From the IMG/VR virus record IMGVR_UViG_3300049437_000244, positions 1-56,435 of that record: 56,435 nucleotides of DNA. One strand, given 5' to 3'. The notes under the pieces were generated by a model. That model ran no database searches. It was not told the origin of the DNA and was given only the letters and a program-made list of their open reading frames with translations. Source of the stretch: a virus (lineage: Duplodnaviria > Caudoviricetes). The position numbers were made by a program, and so were the translations under genes. Every line of letters begins with the position of its first letter. Within the stretch, counting starts at the first letter, position 1. Below are positions 38,329 through 47,520 of the stretch, in pieces.

Positions 38329-39092
38329 GCCGCACCTCCCCACTTCGGCGAGCCGGGGAAGGGGCGCTGCGCCGTCCACTGCGCGAAGAGCCAGGCCTCG
38401 AGCGTGTCCTTCGGGTCGGCCCCGTTGAAGGAGTAGCTGCCGACCGGGCGGGTCCGGCCCAGCGCGCCACCCAGGACGAGGACCCGGAGGAGCCTCGGGT
38501 CGACGAACTCCTTCCACTCGGTGATGAATCGGGCATCCCTCGGCCCGTTGGCGAGAATCTCCTTCCGGAGCGCGAGCTCCTCGGGGGAGATCGCCGTGCC
38601 GCGCCAGGAGATGCCGCGCTCGGCGCGCGCCAGGACCTCGGGGACGAGCGGCGCCATGTCGACCGAGCTGGTCGCCATCGAGACGCCCGCGAGGAGGTTG
38701 CCCTCGGGGTCGTACGAGACGCCAGCGCTCGGCATCTCGCCGGTCGCGAGGAGGTGGGTGACCCGCGACCATCCCATGTGGCTCTGGACGGTCTCGGCGT
38801 AGGCAGCCGCCTCGCGCCAGTCGGCTCCGGGGCTCGGGGTGGGCGCTGCCGGGTGCTGCGCGTGGTCGGCCGAGAGCAGGAGAACCTGGTTGACGGCGGC
38901 GACGACGGCCTCGGTCGAACCTGCGAGCGCGAGCCACTTCTCGACGACGTACGCCGTCGGAACGTAGCGCCCGCAGAACGAAAGGGCGTCCAGGGTGGCG
39001 ACGACGACTCCCGGGGCTGCAGCCGCTCCCGTGGCAGCCGTCTTCCCCGTGAGAAGAGCGAGGATCTGGTCGAGTTTCTGGCTGTCGTTCAT
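38325..39092 (-). CDS. Hypothetical protein
   Basis: AGGAG RBS, start MNDSQKLDQIL. Confidence 0.65.
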   Translation of the reverse strand: MNDSQKLDQILALLTGKTAATGAAAAPGVVVATLDALSFCGRYVPTAYVVEKWLALAGSTEAVVAAVNQVLLLSADHAQHPAAPTPSPGADWREAAAYAETVQSHMGWSRVTHLLATGEMPSAGVSYDPEGNLLAGVSMATSSVDMAPLVPEVLARAERGISWRGTAISPEELALRKEILANGPRDARFITEWKEFVDPRLLRVLVLGGALGRTRPVGSYSFNGADPKDTLEAWLFAQWTAQRPFPGSPKWGGAA

Positions 39093-39152
39093 GCTGTCTC
39101 CTGGGCGGCGGAGCGCCCGGCGACCGTGTCGGCCGCCGGGCACCCGGCGCAG

Positions 39153-39371
39153 CTACTTCTTGCCCTTGTCCTCGGCCTTCGAGTCGGCCTCGGGCTTGGG
39201 CGGCTCCGTGGGCAGGACCGGCACCGTGGCGATCCGCTTCCTCGCGAGGAGACGGTCGACCTCGAGGGGGGTCTTCTCCTTCTTCCCGAACGTGTCGGCG
39301 TCCGAGAAGACGAGACCGACGGGCAGCTCCTGCCCGTTGTGGGTGATCGGGATGAGGGTCTGGTACTTCAC
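39153..39371 (-). CDS. Small head-associated protein
   Basis: MKY...ITHNG...LL..K.I pattern typical of the gene after a Mu-like capsid. Confidence 0.6.
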   Translation of the reverse strand: MKYQTLIPITHNGQELPVGLVFSDADTFGKKEKTPLEVDRLLARKRIATVPVLPTEPPKPEADSKAEDKGKK

Positions 39372-39382
39372 CGGCGCACCTC

Positions 39383-40417
39383 TCAGTTGCAGTCGAAGAA
39401 CGTGAAGCCCGCGCTCTTCATCCCCGAGTAGGTCCTGTAGCAGTCGGCGTAGACGACCTTCTGGCCGCCGCTGAGGCCCTTGTCGGAGACGTGGTACTTG
39501 ACGGTCGGGAAGTCGGGCGAGACCGCGGTCATGGCGAAGCGCGGGAACGAGATCGACGGGCTCCCCTCGTCGCCGACGTAGACCATGTGGACGTTGTCGC
39601 CCCAGACGTCGAGCGTCGCGGTGCCGGTCGCGGTCTTGTGGATCTTGTCGCCGACGACGACGTTGACGTTGAGGAGCTGGGCGATGATCTGCGCCGTCAC
39701 GGGGATGCCCCGCCCGAGCGTCTGGGCCTTCGCCAGCAGGTCGAGGACCTTCGGGTGCCAGGCGAGCGTGTTCATCACGGTCGCCCCCAGCCCGACGTAG
39801 TCGGCCCGCGCGCCGCAGGCGGTGCGGAGAAACTCGATCTTGTCGGACATCGCCTTCAGCGGATCGCTCGTCGGGTCGCTGAACTTCGAGGCGCCCGAGA
39901 GGACCGTGTAGTGCGACGCGCTGGCGTAGTTTGCGATGTCGGCGAAGAAGGCGGCCCCGTTGACCTCCTTGTTCAGCTCGACGACGCCTCGCGGCGTGAT
40001 CGTCGCCTCCATGGCGAGGTTGATGCCGCTAGAGGCGGCGATCTTCAGCTCGTCGTTGTCGACGAGCTCGCCCCAGCCGTGCGGCTCGACGGACTCCTCG
40101 ACGAGCTTCTTGGCCTGCTGCGACGTCCGGACCTCGCCGTTGAACCCGACGATGTCGTTGCCGCTGACGAGCGGCTCGTCGCCGAAGACGCGGTGAACGA
40201 GGCGGCGGTCGGCCCCGGCGACGACGTCCGGCGCGAGGTAGCCGAGGATCGACGGCGCCTGGATGTACCCGATGGCCTTCCGCTGGACGGTCGGGGCGGT
40301 CGGCTGGATGCTCGAGATCGCGCCGAACCTCGCGATCATCTCGGGGTGCGAGCGCGCGATGGACTCGAGCGCCTCGCGGACGTCCTTCTCGATGGGGTTG
40401 AGGGCGGGCATCTTCAT
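39383..40417 (-). CDS. Major capsid protein
   Basis: About 344 aa; KFSDPTSDPL...LAWHPKV...VWGD; follows the decoration gene. Confidence 0.85.
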   Translation of the reverse strand: MKMPALNPIEKDVREALESIARSHPEMIARFGAISSIQPTAPTVQRKAIGYIQAPSILGYLAPDVVAGADRRLVHRVFGDEPLVSGNDIVGFNGEVRTSQQAKKLVEESVEPHGWGELVDNDELKIAASSGINLAMEATITPRGVVELNKEVNGAAFFADIANYASASHYTVLSGASKFSDPTSDPLKAMSDKIEFLRTACGARADYVGLGATVMNTLAWHPKVLDLLAKAQTLGRGIPVTAQIIAQLLNVNVVVGDKIHKTATGTATLDVWGDNVHMVYVGDEGSPSISFPRFAMTAVSPDFPTVKYHVSDKGLSGGQKVVYADCYRTYSGMKSAGFTFFDCN

Positions 40418-40428
40418 GGTCGTCGGCC

Positions 40429-40779
40429 TCACTTCCCGTAGACGACGCGGGCGATCGCCCCGGGCGCCGCGGCGCCTCGGATGACCTTGCCGAGGGTGTT
40501 GAGGGTCTTGGCGGCCTCCTTGGCGGCGACGCCGTTGGCGCCGCAGGCGAAGAGGTCGTCGGGGATCAGGACCTCGCCGGCCTCGATCTCGGCCTCCTTG
40601 CCGCACTCGATCGACTCGGGCGAGACGATCGAGCCGACGGGGAACGTGTTGTCGGGGGCCCCCTCCTGGAGCGAGCCGACCGCCATCCCGCCGGCGCCGC
40701 AGTAGCCGAGCTGGCCGGCGGCGACGGTGACGATGCGGTAGCGCTTGAGGGCCGCGGTGAGCTTGTAGCCGCTGGGCAT
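40429..40779 (-). CDS. Capsid decoration / cement protein (DUF2190-like)
   Basis: 116 aa, Gly/Ala-rich; between protease and MCP. Confidence 0.7.
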   Translation of the reverse strand: MPSGYKLTAALKRYRIVTVAAGQLGYCGAGGMAVGSLQEGAPDNTFPVGSIVSPESIECGKEAEIEAGEVLIPDDLFACGANGVAAKEAAKTLNTLGKVIRGAAAPGAIARVVYGK

Positions 40780-40789
40780 CGCGACCTCC

Positions 40790-42079
40790 TCAGTTCACCC
40801 GAAGAGCGGCGCGGGCCGCCTCGGGGGTGATGCCGTTCCGGCGGGCGTACTGGTAGACCTCGGTGGCCTGCTGGCACATCTCCGCGATGGAGCCCGTGCC
40901 GCCGGACGGCTGGCCGAGGAGGGAGGCGTCGTCGCCCGGCTGGAAGACGGGCCTGGTCGGCGAGTTGACGGAGAAGCGCGAGAGCGTCTTCTTCAGGCGC
41001 TCGGGGCCGAGGAGCTGGGCCTGCGAGGGCTCGCCCTTCTCGGACTTCTTCCACTCGTCGCGCTCGAACGCCGTGATCCGGCCGGCGTTTTCCGCCTCGA
41101 GGAGGACGGTGTCGATCTGGCGGTCGCGCTCGCGCGCCTCGAGCTCGGCCCGGATCTCGGAGGCCGACTTCTGGCGGTCCTCCTTCCGGATCGACTCGAG
41201 CATCTCGAGCATTTCGCCGCGGGTGAGGGGCTTCTCCCCTCCCTCGGCCGCCGGCGGATCGGGCGGCGCCGCGGCCCTGGCGTTGAGCCGCTCCTTGAAG
41301 GCCTTGTCGATCAGCTCCTGGGTGGGCTCCGCGCCTTCGTCGAAGCCCAGGAGCTTCAGGGTTTCGGCAGAGAGTTTCATCTCCTGCTCCTTTCCGTGGC
41401 TCGCCTCGGCGGGCGAGGTGCTGGGCTGAGAACTGCCGCCGGCCGCGGCGTGCGGCGCTTGCCCCTCCGGGGCGGCCGCGGGCGCGGCGGCCAGGTGTTG
41501 CGGGACGAAGAGGCTTCCCATCGCGACGAAGGTGCGCGAGCTGAAGCGCTGCTCGAGCTGCGCCATCGACTCGACAGCACCGAGACCCTTCATCGCCGGG
41601 AAGTTCGTGAAGGACCCCTCGAAGGGGTCGGTGCAGCGGATGTAGCTTTCCTCGTCGATCCAGCCGAAGAAGCCCGCCGACCGGCTGAACCAGCACAGGC
41701 CGGGATCGACGGCCTCCTCCCAGGTCCGCTCGTCGAGGAGGACGTGGTACCAGATGTCCCCGCCCTCTTCGTAGACGTCGAGGGCGTACCCGCCGGCCTT
41801 GCCGCCGTACATCCCCCAGCCGTGCTCGAAGAGTTGAGGAATGCCCCCCTTCGGCCTCGCCGTGAGGCGCTTCCGGGCGTTCGTGAGGATGAGAGGGATG
41901 TCCTCCGGCGGCATCCGGAAGCGCCGCGAATCGTTCATCGCGGGTTCGCCGCCGAGGAGGTACGGCATCCGGCACTGGCGGGGCTTGTCCTTCTCGAGGC
42001 GGATCGCCGCGCCCGTCGCGAACGTGAACGCGAACTCCTCGAGACGGTGCTTCGAGGCGTCGAAGAGGCCCGTGCTCAC
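40790..42079 (-). CDS. Prohead protease / scaffold (Mu I-like)
   Basis: FEH..., KAGGY, SFTNFPAMKG and a helical scaffold C-terminus with GRIT. Confidence 0.75.
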   Translation of the reverse strand: MSTGLFDASKHRLEEFAFTFATGAAIRLEKDKPRQCRMPYLLGGEPAMNDSRRFRMPPEDIPLILTNARKRLTARPKGGIPQLFEHGWGMYGGKAGGYALDVYEEGGDIWYHVLLDERTWEEAVDPGLCWFSRSAGFFGWIDEESYIRCTDPFEGSFTNFPAMKGLGAVESMAQLEQRFSSRTFVAMGSLFVPQHLAAAPAAAPEGQAPHAAAGGSSQPSTSPAEASHGKEQEMKLSAETLKLLGFDEGAEPTQELIDKAFKERLNARAAAPPDPPAAEGGEKPLTRGEMLEMLESIRKEDRQKSASEIRAELEARERDRQIDTVLLEAENAGRITAFERDEWKKSEKGEPSQAQLLGPERLKKTLSRFSVNSPTRPVFQPGDDASLLGQPSGGTGSIAEMCQQATEVYQYARRNGITPEAARAALRVN

Positions 42080-42234
42080 GGCCGACTCCCCCTCTCCCGC
42101 TCCCGGGCCCCAGCCCTGGGGATGTCCATGAAGAAGGGCTGCCGAGGCCGCTCCGCCCCCTCCTGGCGTTCCTGGCGCTCGACGGCGGCGGCGTCCGGCT
42201 GGACAGGTGGCTTGGGCTCGCGCGGGTTGTTCAT
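42076..42234 (-). CDS. Small hypothetical protein
   Basis: ATGA/GTGA coupling on both sides. Confidence 0.4.
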   Translation of the reverse strand: MNNPREPKPPVQPDAAAVERQERQEGAERPRQPFFMDIPRAGARERERGSRP

Positions 42235-43064
42235 GCGGCACCTCGGGGAAGGAACTTCAGCGTTCCGGGGACGAGCGACTCGACGCGATCGGCGTCCCAT
42301 CCGCGCGGCGGGAAGAGGTCGCGCGAGAGGCTGTCGGCCTCGGTGATCTGGTGCTCGCCCTCGTCGACGTCGCGCTGGCGGTACTCCACCGCGAGGCACC
42401 GGCAGTTGTGCTCGGAGGGAGGGAGGAGCCGGCGAGCAGACGTGTCGTCCTTCCGGAAGACCTTCCCGTCGAGCGCGGCATGCGCCGGGCGCGTCCTCGA
42501 GTCGTTGACGGCGTCGTACAGCCAGAAGGGCGCCAGGCCGATCCAGGTCCTCGAGAACATCTCAGCGTAGCGGCCTCCGGCCGTTGCCGCCTCGTTCGCG
42601 TTCCGGAAGACGAGCTCCGCGTACGACGGGGACCACTTCTCGCCGGAGAAGATCCGGACAGCCTGGTCCGCCCCGAACCGGTCGAGGAACGCCTGTGCCT
42701 CCGGGATCCAGTCGGAGAGCGTCGCGCCGCTCGCGATGACGTCGAAGAGCGAGCCGTAGATCAGCTCTACGAACCGGGTGTTCCAGACGTCGACGAGGCG
42801 CCCCGCCTGGCCCTTCAGCTCGTCGACGAGCCGGTCGAACGTGTCGGAGTCGAGGATCCGACGCTTCTTCCAGCTCCGGAGGGTCTCCTTCAGGGGCGGG
42901 ACGTAGGCCCACTTGTCCCGGACCGGGGTGAGCTCGAGGAACTCCTCGGCCCAGTCGTCCGACGTGTGGCCGGCGAGGAGGTGCGTGAAGAGGCCGGTGA
43001 AGGCGGCCTCCGGCCCTGCCGTGACAGTGGCGCCGATCCAGACGAGGGCCGGGCGCGCGATCAC
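42231..43064 (-). CDS. MuF / SPP1 gp7-like head morphogenesis protein
   Basis: YDAVNDSRTRPAHAALDG...PPSEHNCRC. Confidence 0.9.
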   Translation of the reverse strand: MIARPALVWIGATVTAGPEAAFTGLFTHLLAGHTSDDWAEEFLELTPVRDKWAYVPPLKETLRSWKKRRILDSDTFDRLVDELKGQAGRLVDVWNTRFVELIYGSLFDVIASGATLSDWIPEAQAFLDRFGADQAVRIFSGEKWSPSYAELVFRNANEAATAGGRYAEMFSRTWIGLAPFWLYDAVNDSRTRPAHAALDGKVFRKDDTSARRLLPPSEHNCRCLAVEYRQRDVDEGEHQITEADSLSRDLFPPRGWDADRVESLVPGTLKFLPRGAA

Positions 43065-44719
43065 GCGTCCTCCCGCGAGTCCCGGACGGACTCGATGCCG
43101 TGGCCGGTCGAGGCGAGGAGGACCGACGCAAGCCGGTCCGTGAGCACCTTGGCCTCCGGCCGCTTCCGGGCCCGAGTCACGACCCGGTCGAGGGCGACGA
43201 GAGGCGAGACGCCCTCCCGAATGGCAGAGACGAAGATCTGCCGGTAGGGGGCGAGGAGGTCCTCGGCGACGCCGTCGGGAGCGCCGTCGGCTCCCAGGAC
43301 GGGCGGCTTCTCCTCCTTCTCGAGCCGGGTCCGGAAGGGGATGACGTCGGCGAGCTTCTCCCCCGCCGGCGGCACGGGCGCCGCGGTGGCCTTCCGGATC
43401 GCCTTCGACGGGTCCTTCGCGACCTTCAGGCCGCACTGGAGAATCGCGTCCTCCTCGTCCATCGAGGCGACGCCCGCGTTCGAGAGGTTGAGGACGACCT
43501 TCGAGAGCTTTTCCGGGTCCTTCCGCTCGACCGGCTCAATGACGACGACGGGCGTGAAGCGAGCGGCGACCTCCTCGCCGCGATTCCGGCGGACGTAGGG
43601 CTCGAAGAAACCCGTCCGGAGGTCCGAGGCGAGCTCGGCGCAGCGAGACGCGTAGAGCTCGCGGGACTGCGCCCCTGCTTCCTCGGTCGACGTGCGGCTG
43701 CCGGCCCCGACCTCGACGTTGGAGGCCTGGGAGTGCCCGTGGAAGACCTGGTCGTAGGTCTGGTTCGCGATCCGGAGGAGCCGCTCGTGGATCTCGCCTG
43801 CCCCCGCACTCGTCGAAAGGGCGTTGATGAGCTGCGGCACCATCCCGAGAGGAAGGGCGGCCCATCCGGACGTCCCCATCCGCTTCAGGACTCTGGCTGC
43901 GAGTTCCTTCTGGCCCTTCTTCGACGAGTCGTAGTTCAGGAACCGGAACGGGATGCCGCAGAGTTCGGCGAGCCTCGCGAGCCAGCGAAGGCCGTAGGTC
44001 GCGAGCCCCCAGACAATCAGACACTGGAAGAAGAGTCCCCGCTGATCCAGCGGGACGACCCCCTTCCCGGTCTCGAGAAGGACGATGTTCCCGGACTCGA
44101 GGAAGGGCGCCAGCGGGACGGAGTCCAGCCGGTTCGCGAAGGGCCGGTACCGCCACTCCTGCGTGACCGGGTCCAGCTCGAAGCGCCTCGCAGGGATCTG
44201 CTCGATCCGAAGGACCTGCTCCCGGTCGCCTTTCGCGCCGCGCGCCTTCGTGACGATGTGCAGCCCGATCAGGCCGTAGGGGAACTTCTCGAAGGCTGCG
44301 GCGAGCGCCCCGACCAGGTGCGGCCGGAACTGCGCCTCGACCTCCTGGACGATCTCGAGCGCGAGCTTCCCTTCGGGGGTCTTCTCTGCGTCTCCCCGGA
44401 ACTCCTCCGGCGGGTGGAACGTCACCCGGGCGGAGGTGACGGCGAGCTGGGCCTTCGAGATCTGCGGTCCCGGCCCGAACCGGAGCATCTCCTGGAAGAT
44501 CTCGAAGAGCCGCTGGGGACGGCCGGCGCGCGCCTCGCGCCGCGCCATCACGATCTCGTCCGGCGAGACGTCGCGACCGAGGGTCAGGGAGCTGCCGACC
44601 AGGTCCGGTTCGTACGGGACGTCTCCGAGATCGGAAGCCGTCTCCTTCCGCGCGAGGGCCCACTCACTCGACATCTCGAGGGCGAGCTCCGGAAGGCCGA
44701 GGGTGACGACGCCGCTCAT
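43061..44719 (-). CDS. Portal protein (Mu gp29 / DUF935-like)
   Basis: WL..AELCGIP...Y, WAALPLGM; position after TerL. Confidence 0.85.
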   Translation of the reverse strand: MSGVVTLGLPELALEMSSEWALARKETASDLGDVPYEPDLVGSSLTLGRDVSPDEIVMARREARAGRPQRLFEIFQEMLRFGPGPQISKAQLAVTSARVTFHPPEEFRGDAEKTPEGKLALEIVQEVEAQFRPHLVGALAAAFEKFPYGLIGLHIVTKARGAKGDREQVLRIEQIPARRFELDPVTQEWRYRPFANRLDSVPLAPFLESGNIVLLETGKGVVPLDQRGLFFQCLIVWGLATYGLRWLARLAELCGIPFRFLNYDSSKKGQKELAARVLKRMGTSGWAALPLGMVPQLINALSTSAGAGEIHERLLRIANQTYDQVFHGHSQASNVEVGAGSRTSTEEAGAQSRELYASRCAELASDLRTGFFEPYVRRNRGEEVAARFTPVVVIEPVERKDPEKLSKVVLNLSNAGVASMDEEDAILQCGLKVAKDPSKAIRKATAAPVPPAGEKLADVIPFRTRLEKEEKPPVLGADGAPDGVAEDLLAPYRQIFVSAIREGVSPLVALDRVVTRARKRPEAKVLTDRLASVLLASTGHGIESVRDSREDA

Positions 44720-46359
44720 CAGACCTCGCTCCACGAGGGGGAATCGATGTCGCCGAGCTCGCTCTCCCCCATGACGATCGACTCCTCGGTCAGGAGCGCC
44801 GGCTCATTCGCCACGAACGTGACCGCGACGGCGTCGCCCTTGTCCGGCGAGCGCCCGAGCCGCTGGCGGATGCGCTCCTTGTCCTCGATCAGGATTCGGC
44901 CGTTTCGGACTTCGAAGTGCGGAGCGGTCAGGTCGCCGAAGAGCTCCGGATCGTCCGGGAGTGCGATCGGCTCGGGATTCCGCTCGGGGTCCGGGTCCAG
45001 GGCATCACGGACCGTCCAGTACGCGTAGGCGCGAAGGTTGGCGAACTGGAGAAGTCCCGAGCGGTCGGTCGCATCTCTCGGGGCTCCCATCGAGAAACGA
45101 ACGGGGACGACAGGGACCTCAGCCTGCCGGAGGGAGTCGTAGGGCGAGGCACCGACGCCGTCCGCGTCGATCGCCGCGAAGCCGCCCTCGGCGAGGATCG
45201 GGAGGACCTTGGCCGCAACCTCCGGCCCTGTGCGCGTGGCGGCGCCTTCGAAAGCGAGGATCGGGTCGAACCACCATGCGAATCGAGGAGCGATCGCCGT
45301 GCGGTCCTTTCCCCCGCGCGCGACGTCGACGCCGACGCAGGTCTGCCGGATGGGAGGCCGGGAGCCGGCCTTCCAGCGCCCCATAGCGGCGCGGATCCAG
45401 GCCGTGGGGATGACCTGGTAGGCGTGGTCCTCGAGGCCCGCCTTGAAGTCGCCGAAGAGGAGCTGACTCCGGAGGGGCTCGGGGAGGCCCTGGAGGTTCC
45501 GGCGGTAGCCGGTCCGGACGAGGCTCGGGTTGTCGTCGAGGTGCGCCGGGATGAAGGTCCGGCTCCGGGGGTACACGAGCTCCCCGCCGTCGGGGATCGG
45601 CTCCGGGCCCGGGACCGCGATCTCCTGTCCCCTGATGACCGCGTACCAGCGCAGCTCGCCCGGGAGGGCGGGGTTCGGATGGCCCTCCCGGAGCCAGGGC
45701 GCCCAGTGCTCGATGACCCAGAGACCGTCGGAGTGGGAGGGGGGGTTGCCGCAGCAGATCGTCCGGCACCGCTGGCCCGGGACCGTCGTCCGGTTCCAGG
45801 CGTTGAGGAACAGGTACTGCGACCTCGAGAACTCGGGGATCTCGTCGAAGGCCTTCAGGTCGTGCGGCCGGCCCCGGTACTTCTGCTTGTCCTCTTCGTA
45901 CTGGACGCCGCCGAACTCGATCGACCGGATCGGCTCCCCGGGCCTCCGGACCTTGAAGACGTGGGTCTGGCCGTTGTAGCGGCCGAAGCGACCCGCGATG
46001 GCGTGAAGACGCTCGACCGCATCGTTCAGCTGGGAGAGCTCCCGCCGGAAGACGATCGACTTCCGGTGCTGCGTGAGGCCCGCCCCGAGGAGGAGATCGG
46101 TCTTCCCGCCCCCGGCGGCGCCGCCGTAGTACAGCTCGTCGGCAGTGGAATCGAGAGCGAGGCGCTGGGGGTTGATCCCGCCACGCTCCTTCGGGGGGTT
46201 GGGGAGCCAGACCGGGAGGAGCCGGTCCAGCTCGGCGCGTTCGGCCGCCGTCAGGTACGGGAGGAGGGTCTCGAAATCGGCCAGGGCGCCGGGGGTCGCA
46301 GGCGCGACGAGGGGGGCCGCCATCACGGCCAGCGCGAGGAAGGCGACGGCGCCAATCAC
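44719..46359 (-). CDS. terL: Terminase large subunit
   Basis: YYGGAAGGGKT, AFDEI, CGNPP, GVDVARGGKD and RSPDKGDA. Confidence 0.95.
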   Translation of the reverse strand: MIGAVAFLALAVMAAPLVAPATPGALADFETLLPYLTAAERAELDRLLPVWLPNPPKERGGINPQRLALDSTADELYYGGAAGGGKTDLLLGAGLTQHRKSIVFRRELSQLNDAVERLHAIAGRFGRYNGQTHVFKVRRPGEPIRSIEFGGVQYEEDKQKYRGRPHDLKAFDEIPEFSRSQYLFLNAWNRTTVPGQRCRTICCGNPPSHSDGLWVIEHWAPWLREGHPNPALPGELRWYAVIRGQEIAVPGPEPIPDGGELVYPRSRTFIPAHLDDNPSLVRTGYRRNLQGLPEPLRSQLLFGDFKAGLEDHAYQVIPTAWIRAAMGRWKAGSRPPIRQTCVGVDVARGGKDRTAIAPRFAWWFDPILAFEGAATRTGPEVAAKVLPILAEGGFAAIDADGVGASPYDSLRQAEVPVVPVRFSMGAPRDATDRSGLLQFANLRAYAYWTVRDALDPDPERNPEPIALPDDPELFGDLTAPHFEVRNGRILIEDKERIRQRLGRSPDKGDAVAVTFVANEPALLTEESIVMGESELGDIDSPSWSEV

Positions 46360-47024
46360 CCGCCGGCCTCCCCACCGGTTCGCGTGGCCCGCTCGTCAGC
46401 CCGTGCCCGGGCGGCCGCGAGCAGGGCCTCGATCCGCTTCGCCCGGTCCTCGTCGGTCAGGTCGATGGAGTCCCAGGCCTCCTTCCCGTCAGGCGTGGTC
46501 GGGGCGACCTTCGTGGGGGCGTAGAGGCCGAGGACCTTGGCCCGGTGCTCCTTTACCTGCAGGCGCCGGAAGATCCAGAGGGCCCGAAGCGCCCCGGCCT
46601 CGGCGTCGTCGTCTACGACCGCCTGGACGCTGGAGAGGACCGCCTTCAGGGGCTTCTCGGGGAATCCCTCCTGAGCGAGCCCCCGGAGGGAGGAGAGGAC
46701 CGTCTGCAGGGCCGCGGAGGCGGACGACCGGGCTTCATCGAAGCCCCGGATCGTCTTGAGCTCCATGTCGTCGAGCTCGGCCAGCTCCCGGGCCTTCCAC
46801 TCCTCGATGGAGACCCGGGACTCCTCCTTCCACCGGTCGATCAGGAGGTAGATGTCCCGGTAGACCTGGGAGCGGTTGCAGTCGAACTTCTCGACGACCT
46901 GCCGGATGATCTCGTCGCGCTCGACTCGGGCCTTCAGGAGGCCGGCGACGGCGGCGCGGCGCTTCTCGGCCTTGGCCTGCCGCGTCTTCCGCTCAGCGGT
47001 GAGCTGTCCGGGCTCTTTCGCCAC
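46356..47024 (-). CDS. terS: Terminase small subunit
   Basis: N-terminal HTH, RAKVLGLYAP; upstream of terL. Confidence 0.75.
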   Translation of the reverse strand: MAKEPGQLTAERKTRQAKAEKRRAAVAGLLKARVERDEIIRQVVEKFDCNRSQVYRDIYLLIDRWKEESRVSIEEWKARELAELDDMELKTIRGFDEARSSASAALQTVLSSLRGLAQEGFPEKPLKAVLSSVQAVVDDDAEAGALRALWIFRRLQVKEHRAKVLGLYAPTKVAPTTPDGKEAWDSIDLTDEDRAKRIEALLAAARARADERATRTGGEAGG

Positions 47025-47141
47025 GCTGACAGCGTGGAGAGCCCGCTAGCCGGTGTCGACGGCCTCCGCACGGTAGGCCGTGCGGTCGAACCGACACGTC
47101 CAGGGCTCGTCAGTTCGACAGGCATCGAAATCTCCTCAAGG

Positions 47142-47175
47142 CCTGTAGGAAATCTGGGCGGTTCACGCAGCTTAG
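47142..47175 (+). promoter_or_regulatory. Bipartite motif copy 3 (CCTGTAGGAAA-N13-CGCAGCTTAG)
   Basis: Both boxes identical to copy 2, same spacer length. Confidence 0.6.
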
Positions 47176-47520
47176 TAGTTATGGGACCCGGGTCGCGCTC
47201 TCACGCGCCGACAATGTCCCGCCGCCAGCGGGCACTGAGTGTCGGCATCGGCAGTCCTCGGTCGGGTCAAGCTGTCGTCGCCATTTCCTTGCCGGCCCTA
47301 CGACCTCGGCCCCCCCCCCGCGAGGCCCAATGCGGGAACGTCGTGGACTCGTTCCGCTCGCCGCAGATGCCAGGCGGAAGACGTCATCCCCAGAGGTGAT
47401 GGTGGAATACAGACAGGCTACGGCACGCACCGATTCAGGGGGGCTCGGGTGGCGTCCGGCTGAGGCGGCCGCGCCGTCCGGGCGTTTCAATGCGCCGCGT
47501 CGGCGCATAGGAGATTCAAA

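Noticed and set aside
46290-46359. Signal-peptide-like N-terminus on TerL
   Set aside because: Probably a start-site artefact; an in-frame ATG at 46323 removes most of it.
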